A stretch of DNA of 64,000 nt from Eledone cirrhosa (taxonomy: Eukaryota), in contig OZ024742.1 of assembly GCA_964016885.1 (NCBI GenBank), positions 305,102,001 through 305,166,000 of the forward strand, in the 5' to 3' direction. The notes under the pieces were generated by a model that saw only the letters and a program-made list of their open reading frames with translations, ran no database searches and was not told the origin of the DNA. The translations under genes and the position numbers were made by a program. Positions within the stretch are counted from its first letter, which is position 1. Each line of letters begins with the position of its first letter. Positions 1-13,955 of this stretch are shown in pieces.

Positions 1-196
1 CAAGAAAGAGATTTTACAGCAAAATAGATATTTATTTTACCCCCCAAAAAGGGGGTAAATGTAAAAATGTTTCCCTAAATAACAGGGGTAAGTGTTTCAA
101 ATGTGTTGCACTGAAAAAATTCTCTGGTACTTACTATAGTAAGGGTAAATTCCGATGGAATAGCGGAGCCGATGTGAAGCGTGTCTTACTCTATCA
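1..196 (-). mobile_element. Possible 5' end/5' UTR of a further Tx1-like element continuing off the left edge
   Basis: On the minus strand it begins right after (TATC)n with TGATAGAGTAAGACACGC, echoing the start of copy C (GGGATGGACACACGC). Like C's 5' UTR it has an early GTAAGT, a short hairpin (36-59) and TTTCTTG about 190 nt downstream. Similarity is weak and judged by eye. Confidence 0.35.
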
Positions 197-438
197 AGAT
201 AGATAGATAGATAGATAGATATATTTCTTTATTTACCATAAAGGCATAAAAAGAAGGGACAAATACAAAGGTGGAGTTTACATACAATCGAGTAAAAAGG
301 GTATAAAAGGAAAATAATCGAAAATAACCTCAAAAGGGAGGGGACGTGATGGGGGTTGCACACACCCCCGAAAAAGTGTGCAATCCTTTTCCCGGGGAGC
401 ACATGGAGAAGGTGCTCCCCTCTCCTTCACTTCTTTAC

Positions 439-1251
439 CTACAGGATGGTATACAGAGAAGGCCCATTTACACGAGCCATTCTCGACACTATCACCCACC
501 TTTCATAAAACTGCCTGTGGCCAAGCACCTCTCTCTCCATTCTTATCCTTCTTCCGAAGTGATATCGGAAGAAGTAGACCAGACTATGGCCAGAGAGGAA
601 GTTGCCTGACCTCAGACCTGTCAATCGTGTCCACCAAACAACCTCTTTCAACATGGCTATTACGCACAGAAAAACCGCCTTTGCTTCCTTTGTGAAGAGG
701 GGAGGCGGTTTGATTGTCATCACGGACTCGGCGGTCAATTGAATCGGCGCCACCCGCGACAGCAGTCGTTCGGCGTAGCCCCACAGATCAGCCACGCCCG
801 GACATTGCACCAATGCGTGCGCAACGGTTTCTTCGTGACGCACGCATCTAGGGCAAATCTTTTTTGAGGTATCCCTGCCCGGGCGCCCGTGTCTGTAGAG
901 CCTCTCTCGAACGGGTAGAGCCCCCCGGTAGCACTGCCAGGCTAGTGACTTCTGGAAGTTGTCCATTGGTCCCGGGCCGAAAGTCCTACCGAACAGGCTG
1001 GCCAGTTCGTCCTCTTCCATGTCCAGCGATCTCTCCAAGGGTGTCATCGCCCCTGCTAGCCACCAGCCCTCTATAGAATGATGAGGTGGATTCTCCACCG
1101 AAGGCCTGGCCCGCTTGCCAGAGAGCCCTGAGCGCCTGAGCACACTCAGTGTGCCAGTCTCCCAGTTTTCCGGATCTTTGCTTGACCCAGGACTGCAGCT
1201 CGGTGAGCGAGACGAGTCTCGGGAAGGCTCGTTTCACGAACGGAGCCCACA

Positions 1252-1299
<48 letters not shown>

Positions 1300-3989
1300 A
1301 TCCCTCTCTCTATCTCTCTATCTCTCGGTTGACCAGTGAGGAATACCTGTAGGTGCCGTAGCCTTAATGCGTGCCTACGCATCATCAACCACGGCATCCC
1401 CAGCCCTCCTTTCGAAGGTTGTTGGCAGCAGATGGATCTTCTCACCATAGGAGGGCGCTTCTTCGAAAGAAATTGGAAGAGCATGCGTTCCATGGTGGTG
1501 AGTGTTTCCTTAGGGCAAGGCACGACAGTCAGGCGGTAGTAAGTGACGGACGCTATGTAAATGTTCGCCACCTCCGCCCGGCCTTTTAGGGACAGCTTAC
1601 ACTTGGCCCATTTCTGGGTTAGTGCAAACACCTTGTTCGTAACCTCGTCCCAGTTCTTTTCCACCTGGAGGTCCGGTCCAAACCAGACCCCAAGCAACTT
1701 TACCGGGCCCTCCGTCCAGTGTCCGACGACACCGTCGGGAGGCATCGGTCTGCCTCTCCACGTTCCGAGTTGCAGCCCGATGGATTTTTCCCGGTTCAGT
1801 TTCGCTCCTGACAACCTTTCGTAATCCTCCAGTAAGGTACCGATCGCCTCGATTTCCGAGTCGGTTGATACCATTACTGTTACGTCATCGGCGTAGGCCC
1901 ACACCGCTTTGCTCAATCCTGGTTCCAGGGGGATACCCTGCAACAACTCTAACTTCCTCAGTAAAGGCTCGAGAGTCAATACGTACAGAAGGGAGGAGCG
2001 AGGGCACCCCTGTCGAATGGATCGTGTGATTTCGAACGGCTTCGAAAGGTAGCCGTTCACCTTGATCCTAGAACAGATGTGGTTGCTATGTAAGGCAGTG
2101 ATCCAGCCTCTGAAAACAGGACCGAACCCAGCCGCCGCTAGCACCGCATCCAGGTAACCATGGTCGACCCTATCGAAGGCCTTAGACTGATCCAAGTTGA
2201 TCAGGGCCCCACCGAAGCCGGGTTTGTTGCCAACCCTCTCTATGATGTATCGCATGAGGTGGAGGTTATCGTGAATGGACCTGGATGGGATAGCACATGT
2301 CTGCGCATCTCCCACCAGGCTACCCACGACAAGCGCCAACCTCTTTGCTAACACATTGGCCAAAATCTTTAACTCTGTGTTTAGCAGGGTTATGGGCCGA
2401 AAATTATTTATACTATCCCCCTTGTTCTCGTCCTTCCTCACCAGCGAGACTACGCCCTTGGCTACAGAACAAAGAATTCTCCCGTTCTGCTGCCAATTGC
2501 AGTAGACCGCTTCGAGAAGTTCGGAGAAGAAGACCGGCATTGCTAAATAAAGTTCGTAAGGTATACCATCGAGACCTGGAGATTTGCGTCTGCTGCATTG
2601 GCTCAGCGCATCTCCGATCTTATCAGCCGAGATTGGTCCCTTGCAGGACTCTGCCTCTTCGCTCGAGAAACGCAGCAGGCCGTCGAGGTATGGACCGAAA
2701 TCCACGTCCCCGCCTGGACCCCCGCCTCCCCCGAATAATCGGGCAAAGTACCTTTGAAAGGCCTCGCACATCTGCTTAGGCTCCCGGATCACCCGTCCAT
2801 CCTCGTCTTGCAACGACCGGATGGTGGATCGATTTCCACTCTTAGCTTCTGTCACGCGGACCCAGCCAACGGCTTTGGCCCCCTCATTACCTAGAGCACG
2901 TATTTTACTTCGAATGACGCAGCCTTCGTGCTTTGCATCGAAAAACTGGTTCAAGGCCGTCCTCGATGCCAGCACTCTTGCCACATCTTCGCTCTTGATT
3001 GCCTCTTCTAATTTACCTGTTAATTCTTTCTCGTTTCTATTCCTATCGGCAGCTAACATCTTGCTATAACTTATTGATTCTGTTCTAATCTCTCTTTTGA
3101 GAGATGCCCACCATCGGTTGTTGACGATTGCACCCGTCAACCTCTCCTTAACTAATCTGCTAATCCGGTTTCTGTAAGTCTCTTTTGCCAGTAAAGACAA
3201 ATTAAGTTTCCAGTAACCGGGACCCTGTTTATGTGTTTTCTCGAGATTGACTACGCAGGTCACTAATTTGTGATCCGTGTAGCCAACCGTGCGCATTTCT
3301 GGACAGCTTAATATGTCCCTATCCTTACTTCTAACTAAGAATCTATCTAAGTACGATCTAGATTGACCACTGTGGTTTCTCCAAGTCCAGGTAGGCACAG
3401 TTGGAAAATCTAGTCGATATCTATCGACCAAGTTAAAACGGTCGAGTAACCCCTTGAGGCTGTTACACCCCCCTCTATTAGGACATGCTCCTGCATAGTC
3501 CCAACGTGCATCTAGGATGTCATTCCAATCCCCCGCTAGAAGCAGGGAACGCGACGTTCCCAGAAAAGTCTCCAAACGCTGGAAGAAGTCGTGCCGTTCA
3601 GCTCCGAAAGGGGAGTAGACGACGACCAGTCTCAAGGCCGCACCTTCACTACTGCCAACGTCTAGCACCAACAAACGACCCTCCGGGTCCGAGTGAACAA
3701 CCTGTACGGCAAGACCCAGGTGTTTTTGCAGCAGTACGACAACCCCAACCCCACCTCCAGGTTGACAGAGAGATGCATGCACCTCAAAGTCATCGAAGGT
3801 AGGGGTCAGCTGCCGCACGACGCTGATCCGAGTCTCACAGATAACCATTACATTTATACCACATGACCTGAGGTCATTTAGAAGCTTTGCTTGCTTCCAA
3901 GTTGAGCCCAGGCCACGTGCATTCAAGCATCCTACTCTTAACACATCTATGTGGGCGGCATCCTGGGGTTCGGGTCGCACGACTTCCAT
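439..3989 (-). pseudogene. ORF2 of copy A: APE endonuclease, reverse transcriptase and C-terminal CCHC; disrupted
   Basis: Motifs GCLNARG, GDWN, SYLDRFL, TDHKLV, KSPGLDG, NFRPITLLN, DQSKAFDRVDH, RQGCP, AYADD and CPRC..ETVAHALVQC. Broken by a 73-bp microsatellite insertion (1253-1325) and a 1-bp insertion near 1030, so it is split over ORFs 1146-3989, 986-1252 and 439-1143. Confidence 0.93.
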
Positions 3990-4038
3990 GGGGTCGGGGG
4001 TGTTGGGTGAAGGGGTGTCTTGTGGTGGTGTGGGGTCG

Positions 4039-5166
4039 TCAGTGTGTGGTGGGGTTGGGGTGTTTGGAGTTGTGCTGGGGAGGGGAGGGGGAGGGGGGAA
4101 AGCTTTTTAGTAGGACGTGGTTTATGGGTTTGACAGAGGGTGGTCCTACGTCCTCCTTAAAATCTTTTTTTAGTTTTTGGTAGAGGTTCATTGGGATCTT
4201 TATTAATTTTAAATGTGGGTAGTTTTCTGAAGAAACAAAGTTTACACCTTCGGTTTGTACCGAAGGATTATTGTTTATGAGTTCATTTAATTTATTATTG
4301 TTTCTGTTGATGTAAGTATAGTGTAATGTCTTTTTTTCAGATGGTGTGAGTGTTTCGAAGAGGGGAGGGGCAGGTTTGGTTTTGTTTATTGCTGGAGGGG
4401 TGTTTTGTGTTTTGTTGGATTGTGTTGACATTTGGGTGGGGGTTGTTTGGCCTTGTGTGTTTTGCACATGTTTTCTTTTTTTCCTTTTAATCTGTCTGAA
4501 GGACTCCGTTTCTTCCTCCGAATTCGTTGGGTTATCTTCAGTGTTGGAGGGAAGAGGTATGTTTGCTGGTAATGTTTCCGTGTTGGTTTTCTTTGTGGGG
4601 GAGATGGATGTCACTATGTTAGACTGTGTTGTGTGTTGTGGCTGCGGTGGTTGTGTTGTTTTATTGAGTGAGGGGTTGGGTGGGCCTGTATTTTGTTTTG
4701 GGGTAATGTGTTGTGACTGTTTGTGTTGTGGTGGTGGTGTAGTTTTACTGAGGGACGGGTTGGGTGGGACTGAGTTTTGTTGTTTGTTTATCTGTTGTGG
4801 TGGTGGTGGTGGAGCTGGTGTTGGTAGCAGGGTTTTCTTTTTGTTGAGTTGGGGACAAGCGGCCTTCAGGTGCCCTCTGCCTGCACAGATATGACAGGAC
4901 GGCCTTCTCCCCTGCACGCTAATGTTTATATACCCGTGGCCCTCTAATAGGATTCTGTCGGGTATTTGGGCGATGCGTTCAGGCTTCATTTGCACTACAA
5001 GCTCTATACCTGTTCCACTGAACGCATTGCCTGTGGTTTTCCCAATGGAAATCACGTTGTCATTCACTGGATCGATGAAGCCAGCTATGAGCCAGCAGTA
5101 GTCCACATCTGGCATCATTGCATCCAGCCATATGCGTTGAGTTCTTTTACCCATATAAGATGGATA

Positions 5167-5169
<3 letters not shown>
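4039..5169 (-). CDS. ORF1 of copy A (gag-like nucleic-acid-binding protein), C-terminal part only
   Basis: Zinc knuckle CHICAGRGHLKAAC (CX2CX4HX4C), P/Q/T-rich linker and KRKKRK. Aligns to copy C ORF1 from YPSYMGKRTQ (C: YPTYMGRRTQ) onward. Confidence 0.85.

Positions 5170-5245
<76 letters not shown>
5167..5245. repeat. (GATA)n microsatellite separating copies A and B
   Basis: About 19-20 perfect GATA units. Confidence 0.97.
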
Positions 5246-7340
5246 TATTTCTTTTATTTGCCACTAGGGCATCAAAAGTGGGACAAGTACAAAGGGGGGA
5301 GTTTACACAAAAAGGCGTCCTCAATAAGGAGGAGGCAATAACAAAATATAAAAATAAAATAAGATATAACAAAAAATAAAATTTTTAACAAAATCCTCAA
5401 TAGAGAGGAGGCGCCTTGGGGGGTCGCACACACCCCCGAAAAAAGTGTGCAACCCTTCTCCTCAGGAGCACAGAGAAGGGGTGCTCCCTTGGTCTTTCAT
5501 CTTCCTCACCTATAGTCTGATGTAGAGTGAAGACCCATTCACACGGGCCATTCTCGCCACTTTCACCCATCTTTCATAGAAACGGCTGGGGTGCAGCACC
5601 TCTCTCTCCATCCTGATCCTTCTTCCGAAATGATATCGGAAGAAACGGACCAGTTGTTGGCCAGAGAGAAAGGTGCCCGACCTCAGTCCTTTCAGACGCG
5701 TCCACCATACAACCTCTTTCGCCATGGCTATTACGCACAGAAACACCGCCTCTGCTTCATCTTTGAAGGGGGGAGGCGGCTTGATCATTACAATAGACTC
5801 GGTGGTCAACCGGATCGGTCCCACCCTTGACAGCAGTTGTTCGACATAGCCCCACAGATCGGCTACGCCCGAGCAGTGTACTAATGCGTGTGCAACGGTT
5901 TCCTCGTCGCACACGCATCTGGGACAGATCTTTTTGGCGGGGTCCCTACCCGGGCGCCCGTGTCTGTAGAGCCTTTCTCGAACGGGTAAAGCCCCTCGGT
6001 AGCACTGCCAGGCTAGGGACTTCTGGAAGTTGTCCATAGGTCCCGGGCTGAATGTCCTACCGAAAAGGCTGGCCAGTTCGTCCTCCTCCATGTCTAGGGC
6101 TTCTCCGAGGGCGTCGTCGCACCTGCTGCGTACCAGCCCTCTATAGAATGTTGCGGTGGAGTCTCCACTGATAACCGGATCCGCCTGCCAGAGGGCGGTG
6201 AGCGCCTGGGCACACTCAGTGTGCCAGGCGCCCAGTTTTCTCGGTCTTTGCTTGACCCAGGATTGCAGCTCGGTGAGTGAGACGAGTCTGGGAAAGGTTC
6301 GTCTCACAAACGAGGCCCACACCGGTTGTCCGGTGAGGAATACGTAGAGGTGCCGTAGCCTTAATGCGTGTTTACGCATCATTAGCCACGGCATCCCCAG
6401 CCCTCCTTTCGAAGGGTGTTGACAGCAGATGGATCTCCTCACCATAGGAGCCCGCCTCTTCCAAAGGAATTGGAAGAGCGCGCGCTCCATCTTGGTGAGG
6501 GTTTCCCTTGGGCAGGGCACTACGGTCAGGCGGTAGTAGATGACGGACGCTATGTAGGTGTTCGCCACCTCCGCCCGACCTTTCAGGGATAGTTTGCAAC
6601 TTGCCCACTTCTGGGTCAGTGCAAACACTCTGTTCGTAACCTCCGCCCAGTTTTTCTCCACCTGGAGGTCCGGTCCGAACCAGACCCCGAGCAACTTCAC
6701 CGGGCCCTCCGTCCAGCGTCCGACGACGCTATCGGAGGGCATCGGTCTGCCCCTCCACGTGCCGAGTTGCAAACCGATCGACTTGTCCCGGTTCAGCTTA
6801 GCCCCTGTGAACTTTTCGTACTCCTCCAGTAAGGTGCCGACCGCCTCGATTTCGGAGGCCGTCGACACCATTACTGTCACGTCATCGGCGTAGGCCGACA
6901 CCGCTTTCCGCAATCCCGGTTCCAAAGGGATGCCCTGCAACAACTCCAACTTCCGCAGTAGTGGCTCGAGAGTCAATACATACAGAAGGGAGGAGAGAGG
7001 GCACCCTTGTCGGATGGACCGCGCGATTTTGAACGGCTCCGAGAGGTAGCCGTTCACCTTGACCCTAGAGCAGATGCGGCTGCTGTGCATAGCAGTGATC
7101 CAGCCCCTGAAAACGGGTCCGAAGCCTGCCGCCGCTAGCACCGCATCCAGGTAACCATGGTCGACCCTATCGAACGCCTTAGATTGATCCAAGTTGATCA
7201 GAGCCCCACCAAAGCCGGGTTCGTTCCCAACCCTCTCTATGATGTATCGCATGAGGTGGAGGTTGTCATGGATGGACCTGGACGGGATAGCGCATGTCTG
7301 CGCATCTCCCACCAGGTTGCCCACGACAAGCGCCAACCTC

Positions 7341-7341
<1 letters not shown>
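5246..7341 (-). mobile_element. Tx1-like copy B, 5'-truncated within RT; uninterrupted ORF2 3' half (5510-7341) plus 3' UTR
   Basis: Nearly identical to the reverse complement of copy C 33349-35445; three amino-acid differences are visible in the ORF track. Flanked by (GATA)n on both sides. Confidence 0.96.
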
Positions 7342-7372
<31 letters not shown>

Positions 7373-7816
7373 GAGATAGATAGATACATGTCTGTCTGTG
7401 TCTATACATTCCAATAGGATATATTTAAAAATGACTGTACGTATGTAAATGCGGAAATGCGTGTGTGTGTGTGTGGTATATATTAATGTGTGGAACTGTA
7501 CATGTGTATGTATGTGAGTGCGAGAGAGAGACAGCATCAAAGCGACGGAGGAAAGGAAAGAGAGAGAAAAACAGAGAGTAACAGGATGAGATAATGAATA
7601 TTAGGAGGAAACTCCTGCTAACTCTTCTGCAATATACTCTCTCCTACACATTCCTAATTTCATTTGAAGCATGCTCATAACAGTAGTTAAGGGGTTAACG
7701 GTTTGCCAGCTTAACCCATTGTAATTAAAACATCGCTGTAGATCATACGTCGAAATAATTTATTTTCTTTCTTATATCTTTGTTATTGCTCACATGAATT
7801 GTGTCTAATACGACTA

Positions 7817-8780
<964 letters not shown>

Positions 8781-8845
8781 GCGTGTTGGCTTCATATTGT
8801 TTATATCTTTTTTCGGGAATATATATTTATGTATTGGCGCATGTA

Positions 8846-8972
8846 GGGCTGCGTGGTTAAGATGATCGCTCCACAAACATCTGCTTTGGTGTTCAGGTTC
8901 TCTGAGTGGTGCATTGATCAGTTACCTTCTCGTATGATCTCGAGTTGACCAATGGTTTATGAGTAAAATTAC
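8846..8972 (+). mobile_element. Degenerate tRNA-derived SINE (same family at about 51508-51655)
   Basis: Box A-like GCGTGGTTAAG, B-like GGTGTTCAGG, and the segment GTTGACCAATG shared with the 51.5-kb copy. Confidence 0.55.
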
Positions 8973-9018
8973 ATAACTCGTCATATATATAAAAACATGT
9001 ATGTACAGTCGCCCAAAC

Positions 9019-9062
<44 letters not shown>

Positions 9063-9064
<2 letters not shown>

Positions 9065-9229
9065 CAATGGAAGTGTGGTAAGGAACCAGATGGACCATAA
9101 CGCACCAGAGTACTCAATACTTAGGGTAGTAGAGTGGGTAATATGAAAATGTTTAACCCCGACGGCAGAGTCCAGAAATAGCCGTCGAAACGGCTTGAGC
9201 TCTGTCGTCGGGGTTAAACATTTTCATAT
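9063..9229. mobile_element. Short dispersed repeat with inverted tail, probable PLE pseudo-LTR remnant; relatives at 12976-13080, 41448-41493, 46523-46726 and 55332-55521
   Basis: Shared blocks GTGGTAAGGAACCA.TGGACCATAACGCACCA.AGTACT and GCCGTCGAAACGGCTTGAGCTC.GCCGTCGGGGT. 30-bp inverted arms at 9141-9170 and 9200-9229. Copies sit in or beside (TA)n. Confidence 0.7.
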
Positions 9230-9331
9230 ATAAAGAGATGTCAACATGAATGGACCTGTTATTGTTATCTAAAGACATTTTTTCCAATTCCATCCCGCCC
9301 GTCCCCTCAATCTATTTTATTTCTCTTTCTT

Positions 9332-9367
9332 TCTTCTGATGAAGGACCATCGTCCGAAACGTTAAGA
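9332..9367 (+). ncRNA. Minimal type I hammerhead ribozyme (PLE-type)
   Basis: TCTT-CTGATGA-A-GGAC(CATC)GTCC-GAAA-CG-TT-AAGA: intact CUGAUGA and GAAA core, stem II GGAC/GTCC, palindromic AACGTT stem III, stem I TCTT/AAGA. Confidence 0.75.
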
Positions 9368-9451
9368 TCCTCTTCCTGCTATATCAAGCGTTAACCTAAT
9401 ATATACCTTCCATATACTGTACCGATTGTGTTGTTATTTCTGTTTACCTTT

Positions 9452-9494
<43 letters not shown>

Positions 9495-11483
9495 GTAAGT
9501 GTGCGTGTGTTTCAAAAAGTATCTATTCATCGCCATAGTGTTACTGTGATCTGTTTCAGTTATGTGCATATTTCAATGAAATCCAGGAATCTTGTGGGAG
9601 GAATTATTATGAAATATATAGGGAAGTGCGAGCTAACATTCGTAATGTAGTGAGCTGGAGTATTTTATTAAAAGTACATCCGCAGAGGCGCTGAAATTCC
9701 TTATAATAATGGTTAATTGTGATTAAGAAATGTATAGAAGATAACCTTGCATTTTAATTCAATTAAAACAAATATAGAATGCGAGGGCGAATACATGGAC
9801 CACTCTACATATGAGACATATCCATGGATCACTGATAACATGAGTAAAAGATAGTTATCAGTTAATACCAGGTCTTAGAATGACAAGAAAATATATGGAA
9901 TTTTAGTGAAAGAATACGGAGTGTTATGAAATAAATTCTAACCTCTTACGTCCTCACTAACCTTAAAATAATAAAGAAGACCTATGTGTCATAGCTGTCT
10001 GTTCTAATTATCTTTGAATACCTTTATTTAGTACATTTCAACAGCTTACTATAGTACTAAAATGCAATATTGCACTCACGCTTGGCTTAACCTTAAAATA
10101 GATGTACATTTATAGTACTGCTGTTAGGTTTTCAGGGCGGAATGTACTAGAATACTTTACTTGCCTTGCATAATATTACTTTACTATGAGTAAATAAAAC
10201 ATTAATTGCTTTCTCAGTATACACCTAGAAGACATCTTATCTACTTTTATTTCACCAACATTAATACCAATACAACACACAGACACTTACGCTCCTGAAC
10301 TCTGAGCCTGATAGTTAATCGATAATTTGAGCGTTCCGCGTAGACAAGATTCACGTTCTTAATCCACATAAAGGTTCTTGTCTCATTTTATTTACTCATT
10401 TATTTCCTTTAATTTTTTGTCATATTTTTTCAATATTCATTCTTATATTTTCTCTCTTACTCTCTCTTTCTTCCTTACTTTCTCATTCCCTTTCACTCAA
10501 TCTCTTTTTTTCTCTTTTTTTTTCCTTTTAGTCTCTCTTTCTGTTTTTTTTTTCTTTTTAGTCTCCCTCTCTATCTATCTATCTTTTATCTCATGACATG
10601 GGTTTGTTGTTAAAGTCAGTTTCACGTTCGGGGCAAGCTTTGATAAATTACTTCACATAAACCGTTATTCGATTTCTTAGTCAGGAAATACTTAAATATA
10701 TGCTATGTTTCATGCTTCTTATCACACTAGGCTAGCCGTGTTTTCACATGAAAACCGTGCTGTGAGAGTAATAAATAGTAGAAAATTAGTGGAAATTTGT
10801 GCAGATAGAAGGGAAGAAATAGTAGGATAGAGGAGGAGGGAGGGGTAAATGGATATCTCAATTGCCAGATTTCGTGGAGGTAGATATGAGTGAATGGAAA
10901 ATGGAACAAGATGAGAGAGAGAGCGAGGAGTGAGTGTGTGAGAACGTGAAATCAAGAAAGAGAAAGAGACCACAATGATGTGTATAACTTAGCGGTACTA
11001 CAAATAGAGACTTAAAAAACAAGTACGAGGCTCAAATAATCGATTAAAACCCTTAAATATCTCTCCTAGCATGATCGCAGTCCAAAAGTGTGGGGATAGA
11101 TAGGTAGGCAGGCATGCTATTAAATTGGACGGTATTTGATGTAAGAGCATTGATCAATATAAATATAATTCGCTTCTTGCAGCAGCAATATTTAAAGATC
11201 GCAGAGGAGGTCGATGGATAGATGGACATAACAAGAAATCAATTGTCGTTTTTATCATTTAGAAATCGTATGGGAGAATGTTCGATTTCGGATTGCAGCT
11301 AATAATTGTATTCTGGAGAGTAAGATCAATGATATCTGATAGACTGATTTCACCCTTAGCTACTAATGATCCCACCCGTAGATGCTACATGGGTATGTGT
11401 GCTAACATTCCCGTAAATAATCACATCTGTATATTCCATTTTCTATTGGTAAAACACCGTTCCTAAGTAGATATTATCAAAGG

Positions 11484-12961
11484 ACTTTCCTTGTTTACCG
11501 TATATTCTACTTTCCTTGTTTACCGTATCTTCTACTTTCCTTGTTTACCGTATCATCTACTTTCCTTGTTTACCGTATCATCTACTTTCCTTGTTTACCG
11601 TATCTTCTACTTTCCTTGTTTACCGTATCATCTACTTTCCTTGTTTACCGTATCTTCTGCTTTCCTTGTTTACCGTATCTTCTGCTTTCCTTGTTTACCG
11701 TATCATCTACTTTCCTTGTTTACCGAATAATCTACTTTCCTTGTTTACCGTATCTTCTGCTTTCCTTGTTTACCGTATCATCTACTTTCCTTGTTTACCG
11801 TATCTTCTGCTTTCCTTGTTTACCGTATCATCTACTTTCCTTGTTTACCGTATCATCTACTTTCCTTGTTTACCGTATCTTCTGCTTTCCTTGTTTACCG
11901 TATCATCTACTTTCCTTGTTTACCGAATAATCTACTTTCCTTGTTTACCGTATCTTCTGCTTTCCTTGTTTACCGTATCTTCTGCTTTCCTTGTTTACCG
12001 TATCTTCTGCTTTCCTTGTTTACCGTATCTTCTGCTTTCCTTGTTTACCGTATCATCTACTTTCCTTGTTTACCGTATCATCTACTTTCCTTGTTTACCG
12101 TATCTTCTACTTTCCTTGTTTACCGTATCTTCTACTTTCCTTGTTTACCGTATCTTCTACTTTCCTTGTTTACCGTATCATCTACTTTCCTTGTTTACCG
12201 TATCTTCTACTTTCCTTGTTTACCGTATCATCTACTTTCCTTGTTTACCGTATCATCTACTTTCCTTGTTTACCGTATCTTCTACTTTCCTTGTTTACCG
12301 TATCTTCTGCTTTCCTTGTTTACCGTATCTTCTGCTTTCCTTGTTTACCGTATCATCTACTTTCCTTGTTTACCGTATCTTCTGCTTTCCTTGTTTACCG
12401 TATCATCTACTTTCCTTGTTTACCGTATCTTCTACTTTCCTTGTTTACCGTATCTTCTGCTTTCCTTGTTTACCGTATCTTCTGCTTTCCTTGTTTACCG
12501 TATCTTCTACTTTCCTTGCTTACCATATCATCTAATTTCCTTGTTTACCGTATCTTCTAATTTCCTTGTTTACCGTATCTTCTGCTTTCCTTGTTTACCG
12601 TATCATCTACTTTCCTTGTTTACCGAATAATCTACTTTCCTTGTTTACCGTATCTTCTGCTTTCCTTGTTTACCGTATCATCTACTTTCCTTGTTTACCG
12701 TATCATCTACTTTCCTTGTTTACCGTATCTTCTACTTTCCTTGTTTACCGTATCCTCTACTTTCCTTGTTTACCGTATCCTCTACTTTCCTTGTTTACCG
12801 TATCATCTACTTTCCTTGTTTACCGTATCATCTACTTTCCTTGTTTACCGTATCTTCTACTTTCCTTGTTTACCGTATCCTCTACTTTCCTTGTTTACCG
12901 TATCCTCTACTTTCCTTGTTTACCGTATCCTCTACTTTCCTTGTTTACCGTATCATCTACT
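11484..12961. repeat. 25-bp minisatellite, about 59 copies (TCT[A/G]CTTTCCTTGTTTACCGTATC[A/T/C])
   Basis: Uninterrupted 25-bp period with no unique spacers. Confidence 0.97.
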
Positions 12962-13074
12962 ATATATATATATATAACGAAGGATGTGTGGTAAGGAACC
13001 AGATGGACCATAACGCACCAGAGTACTTAGGGTAGTAGAGTGGGTAATAGGAAAATACCGTCGGGGTCTAACAT

Positions 13075-13132
<58 letters not shown>

Positions 13133-13134
13133 GC

Positions 13135-13238
<104 letters not shown>

Positions 13239-13309
13239 TAATTATAATATACACATATAAAGTCAGAGGGACAGAGAAAGACAGAGAGGGTCAGAGAGAC
13301 TACCGCAGA

Positions 13310-13386
<77 letters not shown>

Positions 13387-13689
13387 CTCTCTCCCTCTAC
13401 ACATATATATATATACATATCCATTAACCTTTTATGTATTTGTCAGCTCTAATTAAGTCCATACAATTATGTTTAGGTACTGTGTATATATAGCATGTAC
13501 GTGTGTATAGACATGTATGGGTGTATGTATGTACGCATGCCAAATATATATAAGTGTGTGTGTGTGTGTGTGAGTGTGTGTAGGTGTGCTTTTTGTCTGT
13601 GTATGTAGAGGTATATCTATTTGTCTGTGTATGTAGAGGTATATCTATCTAGCTGTGTGCATCATGTATATATTAAGTTTTATCATTAC

Positions 13690-13848
13690 TAGCCTTTACG
13701 TTCTGAGTTCATTTCCCCATGTGGTTAGCTTCGCTTCTCAACCTGACGGTGGTCGATAAAATTAAGTACCAATAACTCAATGGGGTCGATTTAATCGACT
13801 GTCCCCTCATCGGAAATTGTTGGCCTTATGCCTAAATCAGAAAACATT
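13690..13848 (+). mobile_element. SINE fragment of the family containing GGGGTCGATAAAATAAGTACCA
   Basis: TTCTGAGTTCA...GGTCGATAAAATTAAGTACCA...GGCCTTATGCCTAAATCAGAAAC matches the copies at 17451, 41130, 39725, 51878 and 63500. Confidence 0.65.
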
Positions 13849-13897
13849 GTATCGTCTATCAATACATGGGATAATATACATATATATATATATATAA

Positions 13898-13955
<58 letters not shown>

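Larger units (their letters stand above)
222..5169 (-). mobile_element. L1/Tx1-like non-LTR retrotransposon, copy A (5'-truncated within ORF1, ORF2 disrupted)
   Basis: Partial ORF1 with zinc knuckle, ORF2 with APE and RT, and a 3' UTR ending AATAAAGAAATAT. Both ends abut (GATA)n (197-221 and 5167-5245). Confidence 0.95.

Noticed and set aside
4346-4894. Cys/Gly/Val-rich 182-aa ORF and other ORFs antisense to the LINE copies
   Set aside because: Shadows of the C/A-rich ORF1 linker and of ORF2; no independent motifs.
11484-12961. CRISPR-like array, or the long hydrophobic ORFs (up to 339 aa)
   Set aside because: Units are contiguous with no unique spacers, there are no cas genes and the context is eukaryotic. 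The ORFs are translations of a stop-free 25-mer.
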